From the human T2T-CHM13v2.0 reference genome, Homo sapiens: a stretch of DNA of 64,000 nucleotides. Shown here one piece after another: positions 15,169 through 27,729 of the stretch. Each line of letters opens with the position of its first letter. Position 1 is the stretch's first letter. The notes under the pieces are model-generated. The model had not been told where the DNA came from and made no database searches. It was given only the letters and a program-made list of their open reading frames with translations. The stretch lies in NCBI RefSeq assembly GCF_009914755.1, contig NC_060925.1. One strand, 5' to 3'. The position numbers and the translations under genes are program-made.

Positions 15169-18100
15169 AAACATCATCAATTGGTATTGAATGGAATTGT
15201 CATCAAACGGAATTCAAAGGAATCATCATCAAATGGAACCGAATGGAATCCTCATTGAATGGAAATGAAAGGAGTCATCATCAAATGGAATCGAAAGGAA
15301 TCATTGATTGGAATCGAATGGAATCATCATCAGATGGAAATGAATGGAATCATCATAGAATGGAATCGCATGGATTCATTGAATGGAATCAGATGGAATC
15401 ATCGAATGGACTTGAATGCAATCATTGAATGGACTCGAATGGAATCATTATTGAATGGAATTGAATAGAATCATCGAATGGTCTCGAATGGAATCATTAT
15501 CAAATGAAGTCGAATGGAATCACCGAATAGAATCGAATGGAACAATCATCGAATGGACTCAAAAGGAATTGTCTTCAAATGGAATCAAATGGATTTATCG
15601 AATGCAATCGAATGGAATTATCGAATGCAATGGAATAGAATCATCGAATGCACTCGAATGGAATCATCGAATGGAATGCAATGGATTAATCCATGGACTC
15701 GAATTCAATCACCATTGAATACAATCGAATGGAGTCTTCGAATCGACTCAAATGGAATTATCATTGAATGGAATCGAATGGAATCATCGAGTGGAATCGA
15801 ATGGAATCATGATCAAATGGAATCGAATGTAATCATCATCAAATGGAATCAAAAATAAACATCATCAATTGGTATTGAATGGAATTGTCATCAAACGGAA
15901 TTCAAAGGAATCATCATCAAATGGAACCGAATGGAATCCTCATTGAATGGAAATGAAAGGAGTCATCATCTAATGGAATCGAATGGAATCATCATCAAAT
16001 GGAATCTAATGGAATCACTGAACGGAATTGAATGGAATCGTCATCGAATGAATTGAATGCAACCAACGTATGGTCTCGAATGGAGCCATTTCCAAATGGA
16101 ATGGAATGGAATCATCGCATAGAATCGAATGGAATTATCATCGAATGGACTCGAATGGAATCAACATCAAACGGAATCAAACGGAGTTATCGAACGGAAT
16201 AGAAGAGAATCATCGAACGGGCTCGAATGGAATCATCTAATGGAATGGAATGCAAGAATCCATGGACCCGAATGCATTCATCATCGAATGGAATCGAATG
16301 GAATCATCGAATGGACTCGAATGGAATAATCATTGAACGGAATCGAATGGAATCATCATCGGATGGAAACGAATGGAATCATCATCGAATGGAATCGAAT
16401 GGGATCATCAAATGGAATCAGATGGAATCATCATCAAATGGAATCGAATAGAATTATGGAATGAAATCCAATGTGATCATCATTGAATGGACTCGAATGG
16501 AATCATCATCCAATGGAAACTAATGGAATCAACATCGAATGGAATCGAATGGAAACACCATCGAATTGAAACGAATGGAATTATCATGAAATTGAAACGG
16601 ATGGACTCATCATCGAATGGATTCGAATGGAATCATCGAATGAAATTGATTGAAATCATCATCAAATGGAATCGAAAGGAATCATTGATTGGAATCTAAT
16701 GGAATCATCATCAGATGGAAATGAATGGAATCATCATAGAATGGAATCGCATGGATTCATTGAATGGAATCAGATGGAATCATCGAATGGACTTGAATGC
16801 AATCATTGAATGGACTCGAATGGAATCATTATTGAATGGAATTGAATAGAATCATCGAATGGTCTCGAATGGAATCATTATCAAATGAAGTCGAATGGAA
16901 TCACCGAATAGAATCGAATGGAACAATCATCGAATGGACTCAAATGGAATTATCTTCAAATGGAATCAAATGGATTTATCGAATGCAATCGAATGGAATT
17001 ATCGAATGCAATTGAATAGAATCATCGAATGCACTCGAATGGAATCATCGAATGGAATGCAATGGATTAATCCATGGACTCGAATTCAATCACCATTGAA
17101 TACAATCGAATGGAGTCATCGAATCGACTCAAATGGAATAATCATTGAATGGAATCGAATGGAATCATCGAGTGGAATCGAATGGAATCATGATCAAATG
17201 GAATCGAATGTAATCATCATCAAATGGAATCAAAAATGACCATCATCAATTGGTATTGAATGGAATTGTCATCAAATGGAATTCAAAGGAATCATCATCA
17301 AATGGAACCGAATGGAATCCTCATCGAATGGAAATGAAAGGAGTCATCATCAAATGGAATCGAATGGAATCATCATCAAATGGAATCTAATGGAATCATT
17401 GAACGGAATTGAATGGAATCGTCATCGAATGAATTCAATGCAATCAACGAATGGTCTCGAATGGAACCACCTCCAAATGGAATGGAATGGAATCATCGCA
17501 TAGAATCGAATGGAATTATCATCGAATGGACTCGAATGGAATCAACATCAAACGGAATCAAACGGAATTATCGAATGGAATCGAAGAGAATCATCGAACG
17601 GACTCGAATGGAATCATCTAATGGAATGGAATGGAAGAATCCATGGACTCGAATGCAATCATCATCGAATGGAATCGAATGGAATCATCGAATGGACTCG
17701 AATGGAATAATCATTGAACGGAATCGAATGAATCATCATCGGATGGAAACGAATGGAATCATCATCGAATGGAATCGAATGGGATCATCAAATGGAATCA
17801 GATGGAATCATCATCAAATGGAATCGAATAGAATTATGGAATGAAATCCAATGTGATCATCATGGAAGGGACTCGAATGGAATCATCATCCAATGGAAAC
17901 TAATGGAATCAACATCGAATGGAATCGAATGGAAACACCATCGAATTGAAACGAATGGAATTATCATGAAATTGAAATGGATGGACTCATCATCGAATGG
18001 ATTCGAATGGAATCATCGAATGAAATTGATTGAAATCATCATCAAATGGAATCGAAAGGAATCATTGAATGGAATCGAATGGAATCATCATCAGATGGAA

Positions 18101-20847
18101 ATGAATGGAATCATCATAGAATGGAATCGAATGGATTCATTGAGTGAAATCAGATGGAATCATCGAATGGACTTGAATGGAATCGTTGAATGGACTCGAA
18201 TGGAATCATTATTGAATGGAATTGAATAGAATCATCGAATGGTCTCGAATGGAATCATTATCAAATGAAGTCGAATGGAATCACCGAATAGAATCGAATG
18301 GAACAATCATCGAATGGACTCAAATGGAATTATCCTCAAATGGAATCAAATGGATTTATCGAATGCAATCGAATTGAATTATCGAATGCAATCGAATAGA
18401 ATCATCGAATGGACTCGAATGGAATCATCGAGTGGAATGCAATGGATTAATCCATGGACTCGAATTCAATCACCATCGAATACAATCGAATGGAGTCATC
18501 GAATCGACCCAAATGGAATAATCATTGAATGGAATCGAATGGAATCATCGAGTGGAGTCGAATGGAATCATGATCAAATGGAATCGAATGTAATCATCAT
18601 CAAATGGAATCAAAAATAAACATCATCAATTGGTATTGAATGGAATTGTCATCAAACGGAATTCAAAGGAATCATCATCAAATGGAACCGAATGGAATCC
18701 TCATTGAATGGAAATGAAAGGAGTCATCATCAAATGGAATCGAAAGGAATCATTGATTGGAATCGAATGGAATCATCATCAGATGGAAATGAATGGAATC
18801 ATCATAGAATGGAATCGCATGGATTCATTGAATGGAATCAGATGGAATCATCGAATGGACTTGAATGCAATCATTGAATGGACTCGAATGGAATCATTAT
18901 TGAATGGAATTGAATAGAATCATCGAATGGTCTCGAATGGAATCATTATCAAATGAAGTCGAATGGAATCACCGAATAGAATCGAATGGAACAATCATCG
19001 AATGGACTCAAAAGGAATTGTCTTCAAATGGAATCAAATGGATTTATCGAATGCAATCGAATGGAATTATCGAATGCAATGGAATAGAATCATCGAATGC
19101 ACTCGAATGGAATCATCGAATGGAATGCAATGGATTAATCCATGGACTCGAATTCAATCACCATTGAATACAATCGAATGGAGTCTTCGAATCGACTCAA
19201 ATGGAATTATCATTGAATGGAATCGAATGGAATCATCGAGTGGAATCGAATGGAATCATGATCAAATGGAATCGAATGTAATCATCATCAAATGGAATCA
19301 AAAATAAACATCATCAATTGGTATTGAATGGAATTGTCATCAAACGGAATTCAAAGGAATCATCATCAAATGGAACCGAATGGAATCCTCATTGAATGGA
19401 AATGAAAGGAGTCATCATCTAATGGAATCGAATGGAATCATCATCAAATGGAATCTAATGGAATCACTGAACGGAATTGAATGGAATCGTCATCGAATGA
19501 ATTGAATGCAACCAACGTATGGTCTCGAATGGAGCCATTTCCAAATGGAATGGAATGGAATCATCGCATAGAATCGAATGGAATTATCATCGAATGGACT
19601 CGAATGGAATCAACATCAAACGGAATCAAACGGAGTTATCGAACGGAATAGAAGAGAATCATCGAACGGGCTCGAATGGAATCATCTAATGGAATGGAAT
19701 GCAAGAATCCATGGACCCGAATGCATTCATCATCGAATGGAATCGAATGGAATCATCGAATGGACTCGAATGGAATAATCATTGAACGGAATCGAATGGA
19801 ATCATCATCGGATGGAAACGAATGGAATCATCATCGAATGGAATCGAATGGGATCATCAAATGGAATCAGATGGAATCATCATCAAATGGAATCGAATAG
19901 AATTATGGAATGAAATCCAATGTGATCATCATTGAATGGACTCGAATGGAATCATCATCCAATGGAAACTAATGGAATCAACATCGAATGGAATCGAATG
20001 GAAACACCATCGAATTGAAACGAATGGAATTATCATGAAATTGAAACGGATGGACTCATCATCGAATGGATTCGAATGGAATCATCGAATGAAATTGATT
20101 GAAATCATCATCAAATGGAATCGAAAGGAATCATTGATTGGAATCTAATGGAATCATCATCAGATGGAAATGAATGGAATCATCATAGAATGGAATCGCA
20201 TGGATTCATTGAATGGAATCAGATGGAATCATCGAATGGACTTGAATGCAATCATTGAATGGACTCGAATGGAATCATTATTGAATGGAATTGAATAGAA
20301 TCATCGAATGGTCTCGAATGGAATCATTATCAAATGAAGTCGAATGGAATCACCGAATAGAATCGAATGGAACAATCATCGAATGGACTCAAATGGAATT
20401 ATCTTCAAATGGAATCAAATGGATTTATCGAATGCAATCGAATGGAATTATCGAATGCAATTGAATAGAATCATCGAATGCACTCGAATGGAATCATCGA
20501 ATGGAATGCAATGGATTAATCCATGGACTCGAATTCAATCACCATTGAATACAATCGAATGGAGTCATCGAATCGACTCAAATGGAATAATCATTGAATG
20601 GAATCGAATGGAATCATCGAGTGGAATCGAATGGAATCATGATCAAATGGAATCGAATGTAATCATCATCAAATGGAATCAAAAATGACCATCATCAATT
20701 GGTATTGAATGGAATTGTCATCAAATGGAATTCAAAGGAATCATCATCAAATGGAACCGAATGGAATCCTCATCGAATGGAAATGAAAGGAGTCATCATC
20801 AAATGGAATCGAATGGAATCATCATCAAATGGAATCTAATGGAATCA
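13895..20847 (+). repeat. 3449-bp tandem duplication (688+1381+1380)
   Basis: ORFs recur identically at +3449 (13964/17413, 14826/18275, 15243/18692, 15514/18963, 16227/19676, 16487/19936, 16895/20344). The match breaks at 17399/20848 (CATT vs CACT). Confidence 0.92.
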
Positions 20848-23800
20848 CTGAACGGAATTGAATGGAATCGTCATCGAATGAATTGAATGCAACCAACGTA
20901 TGGTCTCGAATGGAGCCATCTCCAAATGGAATGGAATGGAATCATCGCATAGAATCGAATGGAATTATCATCGAATGGACTCGAATGGAATCAACATCAA
21001 ACGGAATCAAACGGAGTTATCGAACGGAATAGAAGAGAATCATCGAACGGGCTCGAATGGAATCATCTAATGGAATGGAATGGAAGAATCCATGGACCCG
21101 AATGCAATCATCATCGAATGGAATCGAATGGAATCATCGAATGGACTCGAATGGAATAATCATTGAACGGAATCGAATGGAATCATCATCGGATGGAAAC
21201 GAATGGAATCATCATCGAATGGAATCGAATGGGATCATCAAATGGAATCAGATGGAATCATCATCCAATGGAATCGAATAGAATTATGGAATGAAATCCA
21301 ATGTGATCATCATTGAATGGACTCGAATGGAATCATCATCCAATGGAAACTAATGGAATCAACATCGAATGGAATCGAATGGAAACACCATCGAATTGAA
21401 ACGAATGGAATTATCATGAAATTGAAATGGATGGACTCATCATCGAATGGATTCGAACGGAATCATCGAAAGAAATTGATTGAAATCATCATCAAATGGA
21501 ATCGAAAGGAATCATTGATTGGAATCGAATGGAATCATCATCAGATGGAAATGAATGGAATCATCATAGAATGGAATCGCATGGATTCATTGAATGGAAT
21601 CAGATGGAATCATCGAATGGACTTGAATGCAATCATTGAATGGACTCGAATGGAATCATTATTGAATGGAATTGAATAGAATCATCGAATGGTCTCGAAT
21701 GGAATCATTATCAAATGAAGTCGAATGGAATCACCGAATAGAATCGAATGGAACAATCATCGAATGGACTCAAAAGGAATTGTCTTCAAATGGAATCAAA
21801 TGGATTTATCGAATGCAATCGAATGGAATTATCGAATGCAATGGAATAGAATCATCGAATGCACTCGAATGGAATCATCGAATGGAATGCAATGGATTAA
21901 TCCATGGACTCGAATTCAATCACCATTGAATACAATCGAATGGAGTCTTCGAATCGACTCAAATGGAATTATCATTGAATGGAATCGAATGGAATCATCG
22001 AGTGGAATCGAATGGAATCATGATCAAATGGAATCGAATGTAATCATCATCAAATGGAATCAAAAATAAACATCATCAATTGGTATTGAATGGAATTGTC
22101 ATCAAACGGAATTCAAAGGAATCATCATCAAATGGAACCGAATGGAATCCTCATTGAATGGAAATGAAAGGAGTCATCATCTAATGGAATCGAATGGAAT
22201 CATCATCAAATGGAATCTAATGGAATCACTGAACGGAATTGAATGGAATCGTCATCGAATGAATTGAATGCAACCAACGTATGGTCTCGAATGGAGCCAT
22301 TTCCAAATGGAATGGAATGGAATCATCGCATAGAATCGAATGGAATTATCATCGAATGGACTCGAATGGAATCAACATCAAACGGAATCAAACGGAGTTA
22401 TCGAACGGAATAGAAGAGAATCATCGAACGGGCTCGAATGGAATCATCTAATGGAATGGAATGCAAGAATCCATGGACCCGAATGCATTCATCATCGAAT
22501 GGAATCGAATGGAATCATCGAATGGACTCGAATGGAATAATCATTGAACGGAATCGAATGGAATCATCATCGGATGGAAACGAATGGAATCATCATCGAA
22601 TGGAATCGAATGGGATCATCAAATGGAATCAGATGGAATCATCATCAAATGGAATCGAATAGAATTATGGAATGAAATCCAATGTGATCATCATTGAATG
22701 GACTCGAATGGAATCATCATCCAATGGAAACTAATGGAATCAACATCGAATGGAATCGAATGGAAACACCATCGAATTGAAACGAATGGAATTATCATGA
22801 AATTGAAACGGATGGACTCATCATCGAATGGATTCGAATGGAATCATCGAATGAAATTGATTGAAATCATCATCAAATGGAATCGAAAGGAATCATTGAT
22901 TGGAATCTAATGGAATCATCATCAGATGGAAATGAATGGAATCATCATAGAATGGAATCGCATGGATTCATTGAATGGAATCAGATGGAATCATCGAATG
23001 GACTTGAATGCAATCATTGAATGGACTCGAATGGAATCATTATTGAATGGAATTGAATAGAATCATCGAATGGTCTCGAATGGAATCATTATCAAATGAA
23101 GTCGAATGGAATCACCGAATAGAATCGAATGGAACAATCATCGAATGGACTCAAATGGAATTATCTTCAAATGGAATCAAATGGATTTATCGAATGCAAT
23201 CGAATGGAATTATCGAATGCAATTGAATAGAATCATCGAATGCACTCGAATGGAATCATCGAATGGAATGCAATGGATTAATCCATGGACTCGAATTCAA
23301 TCACCATTGAATACAATCGAATGGAGTCATCGAATCGACTCAAATGGAATAATCATTGAATGGAATCGAATGGAATCATCGAGTGGAATCGAATGGAATC
23401 ATGATCAAATGGAATCGAATGTAATCATCATCAAATGGAATCAAAAATGACCATCATCAATTGGTATTGAATGGAATTGTCATCAAATGGAATTCAAAGG
23501 AATCATCATCAAATGGAACCGAATGGAATCCTCATCGAATGGAAATGAAAGGAGTCATCATCAAATGGAATCGAATGGAATCATCATCAAATGGAATCTA
23601 ATGGAATCATTGAACGGAATTGAATGGAATCGTCATCGAATGAATTCAATGCAATCAACGAATGGTCTCGAATGGAACCACCTCCAAATGGAATGGAATG
23701 GAATCATCGCATAGAATCGAATGGAATTATCATCGAATGGACTCGAATGGAATCAACATCAAACGGAATCAAACGGAATTATCGAATGGAATCGAAGAGA

Positions 23801-26800
23801 ATCATCGAACGGACTCGAATGGAATCATCTAATGGAATGGAATGGAAGAATCCATGGACTCGAATGCAATCATCATCGAATGGAATCGAATGGAATCATC
23901 GAATGGACTCGAATGGAATAATCATTGAACGGAATCGAATGAATCATCATCGGATGGAAACGAATGGAATCATCATCGAATGGAATCGAATGGGATCATC
24001 AAATGGAATCAGATGGAATCATCATCAAATGGAATCGAATAGAATTATGGAATGAAATCCAATGTGATCATCATGGAAGGGACTCGAATGGAATCATCAT
24101 CCAATGGAAACTAATGGAATCAACATCGAATGGAATCGAATGGAAACACCATCGAATTGAAACGAATGGAATTATCATGAAATTGAAATGGATGGACTCA
24201 TCATCGAATGGATTCGAATGGAATCATCGAATGAAATTGATTGAAATCATCATCAAATGGAATCGAAAGGAATCATTGAATGGAATCGAATGGAATCATC
24301 ATCAGATGGAAATGAATGGAATCATCATAGAATGGAATCGAATGGATTCATTGAGTGAAATCAGATGGAATCATCGAATGGACTTGAATGGAATCGTTGA
24401 ATGGACTCGAATGGAATCATTATTGAATGGAATTGAATAGAATCATCGAATGGTCTCGAATGGAATCATTATCAAATGAAGTCGAATGGAATCACCGAAT
24501 AGAATCGAATGGAACAATCATCGAATGGACTCAAATGGAATTATCCTCAAATGGAATCAAATGGATTTATCGAATGCAATCGAATTGAATTATCGAATGC
24601 AATCGAATAGAATCATCGAATGGACTCGAATGGAATCATCGAGTGGAATGCAATGGATTAATCCATGGACTCGAATTCAATCACCATCGAATACAATCGA
24701 ATGGAGTCATCGAATCGACCCAAATGGAATAATCATTGAATGGAATCGAATGGAATCATCGAGTGGAGTCGAATGGAATCATGATCAAATGGAATCGAAT
24801 GTAATCATCATCAAATGGAATCAAAAATAAACATCATCAATTGGTATTGAATGGAATTGTCATCAAACGGAATTCAAAGGAATCATCATCAAATGGAACC
24901 GAATGGAATCCTCATTGAATGGAAATGAAAGGAGTCATCATCAAATGGAATCGAAAGGAATCATTGATTGGAATCGAATGGAATCATCATCAGATGGAAA
25001 TGAATGGAATCATCATAGAATGGAATCGCATGGATTCATTGAATGGAATCAGATGGAATCATCGAATGGACTTGAATGCAATCATTGAATGGACTCGAAT
25101 GGAATCATTATTGAATGGAATTGAATAGAATCATCGAATGGTCTCGAATGGAATCATTATCAAATGAAGTCGAATGGAATCACCGAATAGAATCGAATGG
25201 AACAATCATCGAATGGACTCAAAAGGAATTGTCTTCAAATGGAATCAAATGGATTTATCGAATGCAATCGAATGGAATTATCGAATGCAATGGAATAGAA
25301 TCATCGAATGCACTCGAATGGAATCATCGAATGGAATGCAATGGATTAATCCATGGACTCGAATTCAATCACCATTGAATACAATCGAATGGAGTCTTCG
25401 AATCGACTCAAATGGAATTATCATTGAATGGAATCGAATGGAATCATCGAGTGGAATCGAATGGAATCATGATCAAATGGAATCGAATGTAATCATCATC
25501 AAATGGAATCAAAAATAAACATCATCAATTGGTATTGAATGGAATTGTCATCAAACGGAATTCAAAGGAATCATCATCAAATGGAACCGAATGGAATCCT
25601 CATTGAATGGAAATGAAAGGAGTCATCATCTAATGGAATCGAATGGAATCATCATCAAATGGAATCTAATGGAATCACTGAACGGAATTGAATGGAATCG
25701 TCATCGAATGAATTGAATGCAACCAACGTATGGTCTCGAATGGAGCCATTTCCAAATGGAATGGAATGGAATCATCGCATAGAATCGAATGGAATTATCA
25801 TCGAATGGACTCGAATGGAATCAACATCAAACGGAATCAAACGGAGTTATCGAACGGAATAGAAGAGAATCATCGAACGGGCTCGAATGGAATCATCTAA
25901 TGGAATGGAATGCAAGAATCCATGGACCCGAATGCATTCATCATCGAATGGAATCGAATGGAATCATCGAATGGACTCGAATGGAATAATCATTGAACGG
26001 AATCGAATGGAATCATCATCGGATGGAAACGAATGGAATCATCATCGAATGGAATCGAATGGGATCATCAAATGGAATCAGATGGAATCATCATCCAATG
26101 GAATCGAATAGAATTATGGAATGAAATCCAATGTGATCATCATTGAATGGACTCGAATGGAATCATCATCCAATGGAAACTAATGGAATCAACATCGAAT
26201 GGAATCGAATGGAAACACCATCGAATTGAAACGAATGGAATTATCATGAAATTGAAACGGATGGACTCATCATCGAATGGATTCGAATGGAATCATCGAA
26301 TGAAATTGATTGAAATCATCATCAAATGGAATCGAAAGGAATCATTGATTGGAATCTAATGGAATCATCATCAGATGGAAATGAATGGAATCATCATAGA
26401 ATGGAATCGCATGGATTCATTGAATGGAATCAGATGGAATCATCGAATGGACTTGAATGCAATCATTGAATGGACTCGAATGGAATCATTATTGAATGGA
26501 ATTGAATAGAATCATCGAATGGTCTCGAATGGAATCATTATCAAATGAAGTCGAATGGAATCACCGAATAGAATCGAATGGAACAATCATCGAATGGACT
26601 CAAATGGAATTATCTTCAAATGGAATCAAATGGATTTATCGAATGCAATCGAATGGAATTATCGAATGCAATTGAATAGAATCATCGAATGCACTCGAAT
26701 GGAATCATCGAATGGAATGCAATGGATTAATCCATGGACTCGAATTCAATCACCATTGAATACAATCGAATGGAGTCATCGAATCGACTCAAATGGAATA

Positions 26801-27729
26801 ATCATTGAATGGAATCGAATGGAATCATCGAGTGGAATCGAATGGAATCATGATCAAATGGAATCGAATGTAATCATCATCAAATGGAATCAAAAATGAC
26901 CATCATCAATTGGTATTGAATGGAATTGTCATCAAATGGAATTCAAAGGAATCATCATCAAATGGAACCGAATGGAATCCTCATCGAATGGAAATGAAAG
27001 GAGTCATCATCAAATGGAATCGAATGGAATCATCATCAAATGGAATCTAATGGAATCACTGAACGGAATTGAATGGAATCGTCATCGAATGAATTGAATG
27101 CAACCAACGTATGGTCTCGAATGGAGCCATCTCCAAATGGAATGGAATGGAATCATCGCATAGAATCGAATGGAATTATCATCGAATGGACTCGAATGGA
27201 ATCAACATCAAACGGAATCAAACGGAGTTATCGAACGGAATAGAAGAGAATCATCGAACGGGCTCGAATGGAATCATCTAATGGAATGGAATGGAAGAAT
27301 CCATGGACCCGAATGCAATCATCATCGAATGGAATCGAATGGAATCATCGAATGGACTCGAATGGAATAATCATTGAACGGAATCGAATGGAATCATCAT
27401 CGGATGGAAACGAATGGAATCATCATCGAATGGAATCGAATGGGATCATCAAATGGAATCAGATGGAATCATCATCCAATGGAATCGAATAGAATTATGG
27501 AATGAAATCCAATGTGATCATCATTGAATGGACTCGAATGGAATCATCATCCAATGGAAACTAATGGAATCAACATCGAATGGAATCGAATGGAAACACC
27601 ATCGAATTGAAACGAATGGAATTATCATGAAATTGAAATGGATGGACTCATCATCGAATGGATTCGAACGGAATCATCGAAAGAAATTGATTGAAATCAT
27701 CATCAAATGGAATCGAAAGGAATCATTGA
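15275..27729 (+). repeat. 6211-bp tandem duplication overlapping the 3449-bp duplication
   Basis: ORFs recur identically at +6211 (15514/21725, 17276/23487, 18275/24486, 18963/25174, 20344/26555, 21057/27268). The match starts at 15275/21486 and breaks at 21519/27730. One internal difference noticed (19885 A vs 26096 C). Confidence 0.92.

Noticed and set aside
15275-27729. Equating the 6211-bp period with the ~6.1-kb chr16 HSat2 unit, or the 1781-bp unit with the ~1.77-kb chr1 unit
   Set aside because: Both lengths are explained locally (688+1380+3x1381; 1406+375) and occur only once or twice, so the size similarity is probably coincidental. Chromosome assignment needs alignment.
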